Shown: positions 16,444 through 24,720 of the stretch, in pieces | How positions within the stretch are numbered: position 1 is the first letter of the stretch | How the letters are laid out: each line of letters opens with the position of its first letter | Origin: a virus | Taxonomy: Duplodnaviria; Heunggongvirae; Uroviricota; Caudoviricetes | Virus record (IMG/VR): IMGVR_UViG_3300029859_000151 | Direction: 5' to 3' (one strand) | DNA length: 28,055 nt | Position numbers and translations under genes: made by a program | Notes under the pieces: generated by a model | What the model saw: the letters and a program-made list of their open reading frames with translations, nothing else | Told to the model about the DNA's origin: nothing | Database searches by the model: none

Positions 16444-17946
16444 ATGAGAAGATTAAAAGGAAGTACAAGAGGAATCACATTCTCTACCAATAAGGTTAAT
16501 ATAGGTGATCGATTTCGATATTTTGTTGATATTAAAGATAAGACGGTCTCAATTATCCCCGATGTAAACGGCTCAATTGTTGCGAGCAAAAAGAAATCCG
16601 GGAAAAACATTAAAGCATTATTTGATCTTCGCTCAAAGGAAGTAAAAGAACTGATTCGCAATTCAGCATATATGGAAATTGAAGAAAAAGAAGGTTCTTT
16701 TGTTATCCATGTATATGCTAAAGCCGCAAATAAAATATGCTTATTTCGTAAAAATAGAATTTTGTTAGGCGAGATTCTTGGAGAAGAAACAGGGAAAATT
16801 ATCGTTCCATATAAAATGTTACAAGAGGCAATCGGCTCAACAGTAAGATACGAAAAATCTATTTTTTCAGATGAAGCTTATTTTGAGTATTTGCAATCAA
16901 CAGTTCCGACATTCACAAAATATCCTGCTAAAGAAAGGTTGAAAAAAATTTATGATGTTGTGTCATTGTTTTCTGGAGCAGGTCTTTTTGATAAGGCTTG
17001 GTTGGATGGAGGAAGATTCCGATTCGTTTACGCAAATGATTTTTGTAAAGATGTTATTGAAACATACGAACATAATATTGGACCACACATTGTGTGCAAA
17101 GATATTCGGGATGTGCAGCCGCAAGAAATTCCATTCTCTGATCTTTTCGTAGCAAGTCCATGTTGCCAGGCGTTTTCCAATGCAAACAGGCACAACATGA
17201 GAACAGAAGAAGCTGAAAAGAAAAGATTATTGATTGAGGAAGTAGGACGCTTGGCAGATGCAAAAAAGCCTAAAGTAGTAGTCATCGAAAATGTGCCTCA
17301 ATTATTGACAAAAGAAAATGGACTATATGTAAAGAGCTTTATGGATTCTTTGCCAGATTATGAATTTACAGCTCAGGTTATTACAGATTCTGAAGTCGGA
17401 GGATATTCTGAAAGAAAACGGTGTATTATAATCGCATCTCGAATTGGCAAAATCGAGTTTCCTAAATTAACTGTCGTAACGCCGAAAACAGTAAAAGAAG
17501 CATTAGCAAAAGTAGATATGACGTGGTTTAATTATGATGATATTACAATTCCATCAGAAAAGACACAAACTAAAATGTCGTATGTAAAACCTGGAGGAAA
17601 CTGGAAAGACATCCCTCCAGAAATTGGCGGATATGGCCCAAATACACAGAGTAACATCATGAGACGGTTAGATCCGGATAAGCCATCCATAACTTTAAGC
17701 AATTTCAGAAAATCTAATATTCTGCATCCATTTGAAAATCGAATCCTTTCAGTTTCTGAAGCGGCTGCAATCATGGGGTTAGAGAGAGACTTTCGATTTA
17801 TTAGCGATTCGCTTTCTGCGAAACAGCAGATGGTTGCTAATGGTGTTACTCAAGCGATTGGAAAATTCGTAAAAAACGTTGTGCTTAAAAAACTGGATGA
17901 GTTTACCTATGGAAAGTCTAAAACTTCCAAAGTAGTGTTCGTGTGA
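16444..17946 (+). CDS. DNA (cytosine-5) methyltransferase with N-terminal extension
   Basis: Motif I SLFSGAG, motif IV SPCCQAFS, motif VI IENV, motif VIII RKR, motif IX R.LSVSEAA, motif X Q.VANGV; ~165 extra N-terminal residues. Confidence 0.9.
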   Translation: MRRLKGSTRGITFSTNKVNIGDRFRYFVDIKDKTVSIIPDVNGSIVASKKKSGKNIKALFDLRSKEVKELIRNSAYMEIEEKEGSFVIHVYAKAANKICLFRKNRILLGEILGEETGKIIVPYKMLQEAIGSTVRYEKSIFSDEAYFEYLQSTVPTFTKYPAKERLKKIYDVVSLFSGAGLFDKAWLDGGRFRFVYANDFCKDVIETYEHNIGPHIVCKDIRDVQPQEIPFSDLFVASPCCQAFSNANRHNMRTEEAEKKRLLIEEVGRLADAKKPKVVVIENVPQLLTKENGLYVKSFMDSLPDYEFTAQVITDSEVGGYSERKRCIIIASRIGKIEFPKLTVVTPKTVKEALAKVDMTWFNYDDITIPSEKTQTKMSYVKPGGNWKDIPPEIGGYGPNTQSNIMRRLDPDKPSITLSNFRKSNILHPFENRILSVSEAAAIMGLERDFRFISDSLSAKQQMVANGVTQAIGKFVKNVVLKKLDEFTYGKSKTSKVVFV

Positions 17947-18005
17947 AAAGATAAAAGCATATAATTTAGCGAATGTTTCAATTGTAACGGAATAAAAAGC
18001 AATAC

Positions 18006-18039
18006 AAGACCGAGCAATATTACTCGGTCTTTGTTTTTT
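18006..18039 (+). terminator. Intrinsic terminator (AAGACC-type)
   Basis: AAGACCGAG/CTCGGTCTT stem followed by a T-rich tail. Confidence 0.75.
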
Positions 18040-18111
18040 GTCATTAGGCAATTATTAAATAACACATGCTAATATGTTGCAAAAATAAGAAGCACAAAAA
18101 ACATGAAAATA

Positions 18112-18129
18112 TTTGACATATTAATAATA
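18112..18129 (+). promoter_or_regulatory. Conserved upstream motif, copy 5 (variant)
   Basis: TTTGACATATTAATAATA, 90 nt before the ATG at 18202. Confidence 0.6.
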
Positions 18130-18201
18130 AATAATAGCAAAACAAATTGTTATCGTATTATTAAATGTATTTGATTTTATAATACGGAAAGGAGACGTAA
18201 A

Positions 18202-19566
18202 ATGAGGAGATACAAAATGAAAAAACAAAAAGACATATCCCTAAAAAAAGCGTTGGCTGAAGGCCTGATTATTAACAAGAGAAATGAGGATTATAAAACG
18301 CCAGAAGATTTGTGTCAATTTACAGATTCTACTAAAAAAAGTGGAAATCATATTGTTATTGGAGGGGCAGGAAGGGGAAAAGAGGTCGGGTATATCAATC
18401 TTCAAATTGATAATGCTATAAAAAAAGGAAAAAATCTCGTAATCACAACAATAACCGAACCAGATAAAAAATTTCTAGAGAGAGCAGAAAACCTGGGATA
18501 TTCAGTTAAAATTGTAAACGTTTCATCAGAATCTAATTGTATCCAGTCCGCAAATATTTATGAAAAGACCTATAATCCATTTCATTATATTAAGGATGAC
18601 AAAGACGCTCAAGAAATGGTTAAGAACATAAAAGAATATTTTAGTTATTACTATGGTTTTCATGATGCATATTGGGATCAAACAGCTTATTTACTTATGA
18701 CATCCTTGTTTTGTTTAACCCGCTATTCTGAAATCACACAACTTCCTGTTGAACTTTTAACCATAAAGAAACTATTGACCGGGATGGTCGATCCTAATGT
18801 TAACGGAGTCGACACATTTGCGCTTTTGAAAGAACTGAAAGAGAAAAGTAATGAAGCAGAGCATATTGTAACAAAAACACTTGCAGCAGATAATAAAACA
18901 CTAAAGAATGTTGCAAATTCTATTTTAACTGTTTGCCAGGAAAATTGCTTATGCTTATCTGCAAATGATAATTTAGAGTTAGAACAACTAGGTAAAGAAA
19001 AAACGCTTTTATTTTTACTTTTTTCACCAGTAGAAGTCGGATTTGGAAATTTTGTAGCAGAAATGATCCTTGATCAAGCGATTAGAATTTTGCAAAATGA
19101 TAGAAAGGAAAACACAGAAAAAGGCATTCATGTTAGATTTTTATTAGACGAATATCCAAATGTTTTATGTGGAACAATTGGTAAAATCGGATATGCGCTC
19201 GCATCGGCTCCTCATTATAATATGTCGTTTTCAATTATCATTCAGAGCATTAATCAAATTTATACTTTAAATGAAGAATACAGTGAGTTAATACGTAAAA
19301 ATAATGATAAAGCAGAAATAACTGACAGAGTAGGAATGATCATCGGAAATAGCGATCTTATTTTTTATTATGGCGGGTGTTGCGATTTGAAAACAGCCGA
19401 GTTTTTTAGAAGGATCAGTAAAAATCCAGAGAATTTGTGTGTCGTGAACGATAAGCTGCTTGCAAATATTAAAGATGATGAGATATTGTTGTTTCCTCAT
19501 AATCCAGAAACATTTCCGATTATTGCAAGGAAAAAATATTTGTATAATGAAGAAATAGGAAAATAA
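18202..19566 (+). CDS. VirD4/TraG-like coupling-protein ATPase domain, no membrane anchor
   Basis: H.V.GGAGRGKE (Walker A-like), YNPF.YI, D.YWD..A..L, HVRFLLDEYPN (Walker B), IIIQSINQI; no hydrophobic N-terminus. Confidence 0.8.
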   Translation: MRRYKMKKQKDISLKKALAEGLIINKRNEDYKTPEDLCQFTDSTKKSGNHIVIGGAGRGKEVGYINLQIDNAIKKGKNLVITTITEPDKKFLERAENLGYSVKIVNVSSESNCIQSANIYEKTYNPFHYIKDDKDAQEMVKNIKEYFSYYYGFHDAYWDQTAYLLMTSLFCLTRYSEITQLPVELLTIKKLLTGMVDPNVNGVDTFALLKELKEKSNEAEHIVTKTLAADNKTLKNVANSILTVCQENCLCLSANDNLELEQLGKEKTLLFLLFSPVEVGFGNFVAEMILDQAIRILQNDRKENTEKGIHVRFLLDEYPNVLCGTIGKIGYALASAPHYNMSFSIIIQSINQIYTLNEEYSELIRKNNDKAEITDRVGMIIGNSDLIFYYGGCCDLKTAEFFRRISKNPENLCVVNDKLLANIKDDEILLFPHNPETFPIIARKKYLYNEEIGK

Positions 19567-19602
19567 GGCAAGACCAAATTTTGAATAATAAAAAATCAAT
19601 AT

Positions 19603-19640
19603 AAGACCAGGTAATATTGGCAATTACCTGGTCTTTATTG
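19603..19640 (+). terminator. Intrinsic terminator (AAGACC-type)
   Basis: 13-bp stem AAGACCAGGTAAT/ATTACCTGGTCTT. Confidence 0.75.
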
Positions 19641-19687
19641 TTAGCACAATATTGCATAAGTTGTACCGAAAAGATAAAAGTATAGTA

Positions 19688-19705
19688 TCTGGCATATTAG
19701 TAATA
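19688..19705 (+). promoter_or_regulatory. Conserved upstream motif, copy 6 (variant, no intact gene directly behind it)
   Basis: TCTGGCATATTAGTAATA. Confidence 0.5.
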
Positions 19706-19838
19706 AAAACATAATGGGCTGTTATTCAATAAAGTAGGAGAAAAAGAAGTAGGTGCAAAGACATATGAAATAAAAGAATATAGCTTTGTGGAGAAACTAG
19801 TAAAAGTAGATAACGATTGTCTTCTTATATTTTGAAAA

Positions 19839-19856
19839 TCTGACATATTGAATATG
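19839..19856 (+). promoter_or_regulatory. Conserved upstream motif, copy 7
   Basis: TCTGACATATTGAATATG, 52 nt before the ATG at 19891. Confidence 0.8.
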
Positions 19857-19890
19857 AAATTTAGAAATAAAAGAAAAAAGGAGAAAAAGC

Positions 19891-20163
19891 ATGAAAAAAA
19901 CAGTAAAAGAAATTTTTGAAGAAGGTAAGGCGATAGATCTTATGACTCCTGTTGGATATATTTATTTAAATGCAGATCAGGTAAAAAAAGTTATGTCTGG
20001 CGAGAAAAAAGTAATTATGAATGCTGGCGTTCGAGGAACAGAAATGCTTATTTCGACAGATTATTTATTTTCATGTGTAGCTGTTGAAGGGGGATATAAT
20101 CCGGCTAATGATACGAACGAATATTTAGTTGATAATATCGCAGAATCGTTAGCCGCTGTATAA
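19891..20163 (+). CDS. Hypothetical protein
   Basis: 90-aa ORF, RBS AAGGAG, single-gene module. Confidence 0.75.
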   Translation: MKKTVKEIFEEGKAIDLMTPVGYIYLNADQVKKVMSGEKKVIMNAGVRGTEMLISTDYLFSCVAVEGGYNPANDTNEYLVDNIAESLAAV

Positions 20164-20176
20164 GTCGATACTTGAG

Positions 20177-20211
20177 ATAAGACCTTGGAGGAATCCGGGG
20201 TCTTATTTTTT
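20177..20211 (+). terminator. Intrinsic terminator (AAGACC-type)
   Basis: ATAAGACCTTGGA/TCCGGGGTCTTAT stem (two G-U pairs) followed by a T-run. Confidence 0.8.
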
Positions 20212-20218
20212 AAGAACA

Positions 20219-20236
20219 TCTGACATATTAAATATA
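20219..20236 (+). promoter_or_regulatory. Conserved upstream motif, copy 8
   Basis: TCTGACATATTAAATATA, 50 nt before the ATG at 20269. Confidence 0.8.
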
Positions 20237-20268
20237 ACAAAATGATAAGACAAAAGGAGAAAGAAAAA

Positions 20269-20985
20269 ATGTTGGAAAAATATTTAGAGTTTTTAAAAAT
20301 AGCTTTTGAAAAATTGATAACTTTTAATAGTGCAGACGCTTCTGTATTTGACTATTTCCAGACAGTTGGATGTGAATTTATCGTAATTCTTATTGGAATT
20401 GGTTATTTACTGGCTATTCTATGCATGGTCTTGACACCTTATTTTGGAACAAAGATGATCAAGAATGCTATCTATAAGAAATCTGGATGGAAAGAATTTA
20501 TCGATAAGATAAAGGAAGTTCGGCTTATGTTATATGCTGTTAGTAATGAATTGGAAGACCTTTTAGGAGAGCTTTATTTCCCGAAGGATAAAAATTTTAA
20601 GATTCTATCTTCCAAAAAACAAGTAGAAAGCAAGAAAATAATAACAGAATTAGCTGAATACACAAAAAGAGAATCAAGTTCTTTTATTAATTTTGAGGAT
20701 TCTGAAAATATTGATTATTTTAGTGTTTCGTGGATTGGACAAAAATGCCGGAATATTTCAAAACATTATTATGACTTCGATTTTCTTGATCTAAATGCTG
20801 AGGATAGAAAATATATCCCAGATGAAGTCTTGGATATCGAATCATATAATAAAAAGAAATTGTTGCCATATCGATCACTTAAATCAATGCGGAATAGATA
20901 TCGGATTTCTTTAGTGTTGGCAGAAGCAATTTTCTGGATTGCATATATCGTTTTACTTATTCCACTGATTTTGCTTATGTTTTAA
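20269..20985 (+). CDS. Membrane protein (N- and C-terminal TM segments)
   Basis: Start reassigned to the ATG at 20269 (RBS AAGGAG); hydrophobic segments near both ends. Confidence 0.75.
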   Translation: MLEKYLEFLKIAFEKLITFNSADASVFDYFQTVGCEFIVILIGIGYLLAILCMVLTPYFGTKMIKNAIYKKSGWKEFIDKIKEVRLMLYAVSNELEDLLGELYFPKDKNFKILSSKKQVESKKIITELAEYTKRESSSFINFEDSENIDYFSVSWIGQKCRNISKHYYDFDFLDLNAEDRKYIPDEVLDIESYNKKKLLPYRSLKSMRNRYRISLVLAEAIFWIAYIVLLIPLILLMF

Positions 20986-21087
20986 GGAGTTATATTATGA
21001 ATAGAACGGAAATTATCCAAATATGTCGTAAAACCCCTAGTTTTAGCTATGGGGATATAAGACACGTTCATCGAATTTACGCAAATC

Positions 21088-21162
21088 CCACTCGAAGTCA
21101 TCAAACAGTATATTGAGAGCTAGAAAGCTTTACAAAAACAAAGGAAGGATAAACAAAGCTGA
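21088..21162 (+). pseudogene. tnpA: C-terminal remnant of Y1 transposase TnpA
   Basis: [23 protein letters not shown]: catalytic YxxxQ helix with TAG at the Gln position; stop overlaps the tnpB start (TGATG). Confidence 0.7.
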
Positions 21163-22259
21163 TGCAAAAAGGTGTTAAATTCAGAATCTATCCAAACAGG
21201 GAACAGAAAAATTTAATCAATCAGACACTCGGCTGTTGCAGACTCATCTACAACAAAGGTCTTGCTATGCGCAATGCAGCCTATGAGAATGGTAATAAAA
21301 TCGGCTATTCCCAGACTTCCACAATGCTGACGGAACTGAAAAAATGTGAAGATTTTTCTTTTTTGAAATTGGTAGATTCTATTGCTTTGCAACAGTCTTT
21401 ACGTGACCTTGACAGAGGGTTTGTAAACTTTTTTCAGAAACGTGCCGCACATCCGACATTTAAGAGCAAGCATAACCACCGCCAGTTATACAGGACTATC
21501 AAGCAGGGTGACAACATCCGTATTGTAAGAAAATACATCAAACTTCCTAAACTGGGATTTGTCAAAATACGTCAGTCAATGGAAGTAGGAAAAATCCATA
21601 ATGTAACGATAGAACATACTCCTACAGACAAATATTTTGCGGTTCTCAACGTGGAATTTGAACCACAGCCAAGACCGAACAATGGTGGTTATATTGGCAT
21701 TGATGTTGGTATTAAAGAGTTCTATTCCGATAGCAATGACAATACAGTAAATAATCCTAAATATTTAGAAAAGTCTATGAGAAAACTTATAAAAGAGCAG
21801 CATAAATTATCTCGTAAGCAAAAAGGTTCAAAAAACCGCGATAGGCAACGTGTAAAAGTAGCTTTGATACATGAAAAGATTACAAATCAGAGAAACGATT
21901 TTTTACAAAAACAGTCAACAATGCTGATTCGTGAAAACCAAACAATTTGCATTGAAGATTTAAAGGTAAAAAATATGATGCGTAATCATAAACTTGCAAA
22001 ATCCATAGCAAGTGTTTCCTGGGCGAAGTTTTTTGCCATGTTGGAATATAAAGCTGCATGGTACGGCAACGATGTCATCAAGATACCAACGATGTATCCT
22101 AGCAGCCAGACATGCAGCTGCTGTGGGTATAAAAATCCACTGGTGAAAAATCTGGCGGTTCGCATATGGGAGTGTCCAGACTGTCATACCGTACATAACA
22201 GGGACACTAATGCAAGTATAAATATTTTGAAAAAAGGACTGCAACTCCAGTCGGCATAA
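21162..22259 (+). CDS. tnpB: RNA-guided endonuclease TnpB
   Basis: KFRIYPN HTH start, RuvC-I GIDVG, RuvC-II IEDL, Zn finger CSCC...CPDC, RuvC-III RDTNA; all three catalytic acidic residues present. Confidence 0.95.
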   Translation: MQKGVKFRIYPNREQKNLINQTLGCCRLIYNKGLAMRNAAYENGNKIGYSQTSTMLTELKKCEDFSFLKLVDSIALQQSLRDLDRGFVNFFQKRAAHPTFKSKHNHRQLYRTIKQGDNIRIVRKYIKLPKLGFVKIRQSMEVGKIHNVTIEHTPTDKYFAVLNVEFEPQPRPNNGGYIGIDVGIKEFYSDSNDNTVNNPKYLEKSMRKLIKEQHKLSRKQKGSKNRDRQRVKVALIHEKITNQRNDFLQKQSTMLIRENQTICIEDLKVKNMMRNHKLAKSIASVSWAKFFAMLEYKAAWYGNDVIKIPTMYPSSQTCSCCGYKNPLVKNLAVRIWECPDCHTVHNRDTNASINILKKGLQLQSA

Positions 22260-22423
22260 ATATAGATAAACTGCACCGTAGGGCATACGGAAACAGTATA
22301 ATCTAGCTTGTGGACACCGTGTAAGACATTGGCATATCGTAAGGTATTAGCCAGTGCAGTAGTGGTTGAAGCAAGAATCCCCCTGCTTTAGCTGTGGGGA
22401 GTGTCAAGTGTTTTGGCAATTGT
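22260..22423 (+). ncRNA. Predicted TnpB omegaRNA (right-end scaffold plus flanking guide)
   Basis: Non-coding region between the tnpB stop and TCAA with hairpins; by analogy with characterised TnpBs the guide starts at 22408 (GTGTTTTGGCAATTGT). The 5' boundary is unknown. Confidence 0.65.
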
Positions 22424-22602
22424 GTTACTAAGCAACCATCTGAGATCCGACGGGCGCAAATGTATTTTTCTCAAGTACAAATTGAGTTAAAAAAAGGAGT
22501 TTGTCGGCCAGAAGATCTAGAAAAAATAGAGTATTGCAGAATTGCCGAAAACGCAATAACTGAATTGTTGAAAAAATCTGAAAAGTAAGAAAGGTGAAAA
22601 AT

Positions 22603-22911
22603 ATGAAAAGAAAAATTTTACATAATAGCAAGAATACGTTCACTGGATATTCTAAAGGTAAAATCGGTACTCCATTGCCAATTATGGATAAAGAAGGCAA
22701 TGTTTTAAAAGTTGGAGATACTGTTAAATATTTTCAACAAATTGGAGTTATTTTGTACAATCCAAATTGTGGGCGAAACGGAAAATACGGTGTGGTAATT
22801 TTTGATAGTATGTGGTATGGAGATAATCCATATGATATTGCGGCTTACGGTAAGTTCATTGAGATCCCAATGGATAATGGAGATAAAATTCATTTAGAAA
22901 AATTAGGATAA
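22603..22911 (+). CDS. Hypothetical protein
   Basis: ATG at 22603 with AAGGTG; D..G..LKVGDTV motif as in YopX-like beta proteins (weak). Confidence 0.7.
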   Translation: MKRKILHNSKNTFTGYSKGKIGTPLPIMDKEGNVLKVGDTVKYFQQIGVILYNPNCGRNGKYGVVIFDSMWYGDNPYDIAAYGKFIEIPMDNGDKIHLEKLG

Positions 22912-22945
22912 AAATATGAATGACATAGGCTGCACAATAAACAAT

Positions 22946-22985
22946 AAAAAGGCGCAAGAAACATAAATTGTTTTTGCGCTTTTTT
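22946..22985 (+). terminator. Intrinsic terminator
   Basis: AAAAAGGCGCAAGAAAC/GTTTTTGCGCTTTTTT imperfect stem. Confidence 0.7.
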
Positions 22986-23000
22986 GTTTTCTAAAAAATA

Positions 23001-23018
23001 TCTGACATATTAAATTCA
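23001..23018 (+). promoter_or_regulatory. Conserved upstream motif, copy 9
   Basis: TCTGACATATTAAATTCA, 51 nt before the ATG at 23052. Confidence 0.8.
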
Positions 23019-23051
23019 GAAAATAATTTGTTTTTGAGAAAGGGGAAAAGC

Positions 23052-23825
23052 ATGAAAAGTAAAATTGTAAAATTAGTAGTATTGGCAACTATCACAATTG
23101 TTGCAACAAGCGGATGTGGGAAACCATTGGAAAATCATTTAGAGGAAAATGTGGTTTCTTCCGAGAATGAGGTTGAAACAGAAGTAATGAATGAAGCAAC
23201 AGAAGTAAACGAATTTGCTCAAAATGATAATAATACCAAAGAGTTAAAAGATGATGGAGCAACAGCTGAATGTGGAATAGTTGATCCGTCAAATATACAT
23301 TTCTATATCAACGGAGAAAAGTATACAATCGGAGATGTGACATTACAGGATTTAATGGACAATGGAGTAACAATAGGAAACTATAAGAATACAGATATAC
23401 TGGCTTTTATAGGCGATGCATCAGATTATGAGTACACGATAGAACTTGGAAATGGAAAAAGGGTTGGAGTCGAGACAATTAACGATGTAGACGAGCCAGC
23501 ACATACATCAGAATGTAAAGTATGGTACATTGGGTGGTGTGCAAGTGATGCAGGAGGATCAGATGCAATCAAGTTTGATTTTCCAACTGACATTACAGAG
23601 GATAAGCTAAAGGAAATCGCAGGAGAGCCAACAGAAGTAGAGCAATACGCTGATATAAATGAGCTTTCATACATTAAAGAAGCAGGAGAGACAGAGTGTG
23701 GAGGAAAGTATATATTCAGCTTCATAGATGGTGAGCTGATAGGTGTCAGCTTATACTGGAAGCCATCAGTAGAGATATTAAACAAACAGCCTAGCGGCAG
23801 AGAATGGCAGTATTTACCAGATTAG
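23052..23825 (+). CDS. Acidic lipoprotein
   Basis: MKSKIVKLVVLATITIVATSGC signal and lipobox, E/N-rich linker. Confidence 0.8.
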   Translation: MKSKIVKLVVLATITIVATSGCGKPLENHLEENVVSSENEVETEVMNEATEVNEFAQNDNNTKELKDDGATAECGIVDPSNIHFYINGEKYTIGDVTLQDLMDNGVTIGNYKNTDILAFIGDASDYEYTIELGNGKRVGVETINDVDEPAHTSECKVWYIGWCASDAGGSDAIKFDFPTDITEDKLKEIAGEPTEVEQYADINELSYIKEAGETECGGKYIFSFIDGELIGVSLYWKPSVEILNKQPSGREWQYLPD

Positions 23826-23849
23826 ATTAAAGCATGGGAGTATAAAGGG

Positions 23850-24302
23850 ATGAGTGAAGAACTTGAAGGGTTTATAATATTAGCATCTGGAATTGTAGCG
23901 TTTATCTATGGGTTGCTAAATTGGATCATAAACGGAAAGACAAGGGCTCAGAAGTTTATTGAGAAAGCACAGAAGAACGGATGCAAAGTACAGGCAGAAT
24001 TAGTCGATTCATGGTATTTATATGAAAGTACACATAACGACTGTAATTATATTGAGAAAGCAAAGTATGAGTATAGAGTTGCAGGAAAGACATATTACAA
24101 GACATATAAATTTGAGTGTGGTGTAACAAGAAGCATACCAAACAGTATCACACTGTACTATAGCAAGCATAATCATAAAAAGGTTGTGCCTAGTTGGAAA
24201 AATACAAAACAGGCGCAAGTAAGAACGGGGTGTGGGTTCACAGCACTTGCAGTATTTTGCACAATGTTTTTAGTAGCAAAGATACTGCAGCATATAGTAT
24301 AA
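23850..24302 (+). CDS. Two-TM membrane protein (DUF3592-like layout)
   Basis: TM, soluble beta domain with YEY.V.GKTY...I.LYY, TM. The family resemblance is recalled, not searched. Confidence 0.65.
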   Translation: MSEELEGFIILASGIVAFIYGLLNWIINGKTRAQKFIEKAQKNGCKVQAELVDSWYLYESTHNDCNYIEKAKYEYRVAGKTYYKTYKFECGVTRSIPNSITLYYSKHNHKKVVPSWKNTKQAQVRTGCGFTALAVFCTMFLVAKILQHIV

Positions 24303-24320
24303 AACATTCGGGGCAAAAAC

Positions 24321-24677
24321 ATGAATATTAAATCAGCAAAATGGACAATAAAAGAACTTGAGAAGACAGAGCTAAGACGTGTAGCATGGGAAATGAAAAG
24401 GAACATAAACCTTGTGAGAAGAGACATGGCAGTATGCGCATTATTCTACCTATTCGGACTTGTTCCACTGATTATATCACCATTATTGGACAGACTTATA
24501 TTTGCAGTCATAATGTGCATAATACCAGTGCCAACGATTCTCAGCACAAGAAAAAGATATGAACTCACAGCGTTAGGTATATACAATGAGTGGTTTAGGC
24601 AGGCAAGTGAGATAGAGAGGCAGGACATAGAAAAGTTCATGGACTACTATACAGAGAAGACTGGGCTGATAAAGTAA
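24321..24677 (+). CDS. Two-TM membrane protein
   Basis: Central hydrophobic hairpin; co-oriented in the operon. Confidence 0.65.
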   Translation: MNIKSAKWTIKELEKTELRRVAWEMKRNINLVRRDMAVCALFYLFGLVPLIISPLLDRLIFAVIMCIIPVPTILSTRKRYELTALGIYNEWFRQASEIERQDIEKFMDYYTEKTGLIK

Positions 24678-24720
24678 CTAAGCGGTAGCATATAAAATAT
24701 TATGAAAGGTTTTGGGACAG

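Larger units (their letters stand above)
21017..22407 (+). mobile_element. Non-autonomous IS200/IS605-family element (tnpA remnant + tnpB)
   Basis: Target TTAT at 21013-21016; left hairpin CCCCTAGTTTTAGCTATGGGG; right hairpin CCCCTGCTTTAGCTGTGGGG preceded by GAAT; ends in TCAA; no target duplication. Confidence 0.9.
20997..22588 (+). pseudogene. 66-aa hypothetical gene interrupted by the IS (20997-21016 joined to 22408-22588)
   Basis: RBS AAGGAG and ATG at 20997; removing 21017-22407 gives in-frame MNRTEIMCFGNCVTKQPSEIRRAQMYFSQ...LLKKSEK*. Confidence 0.75.

Noticed and set aside
15607..17946. Type II restriction-modification pair
   Set aside because: No PD-(D/E)xK, HNH or GIY-YIG motif recognised in 15607..16416; cannot be supported without a search.
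21017..21161. IStron (group I intron fused to the IS)
   Set aside because: Only ~145 nt separate the left end from tnpB, filled by the end hairpin and tnpA remnant; no room for a ribozyme core.
22394..22588. Independent 64-aa gene starting at GTG 22394
   Set aside because: The start lies within the IS right end; better explained as the 3' part of the interrupted gene starting at 20997.
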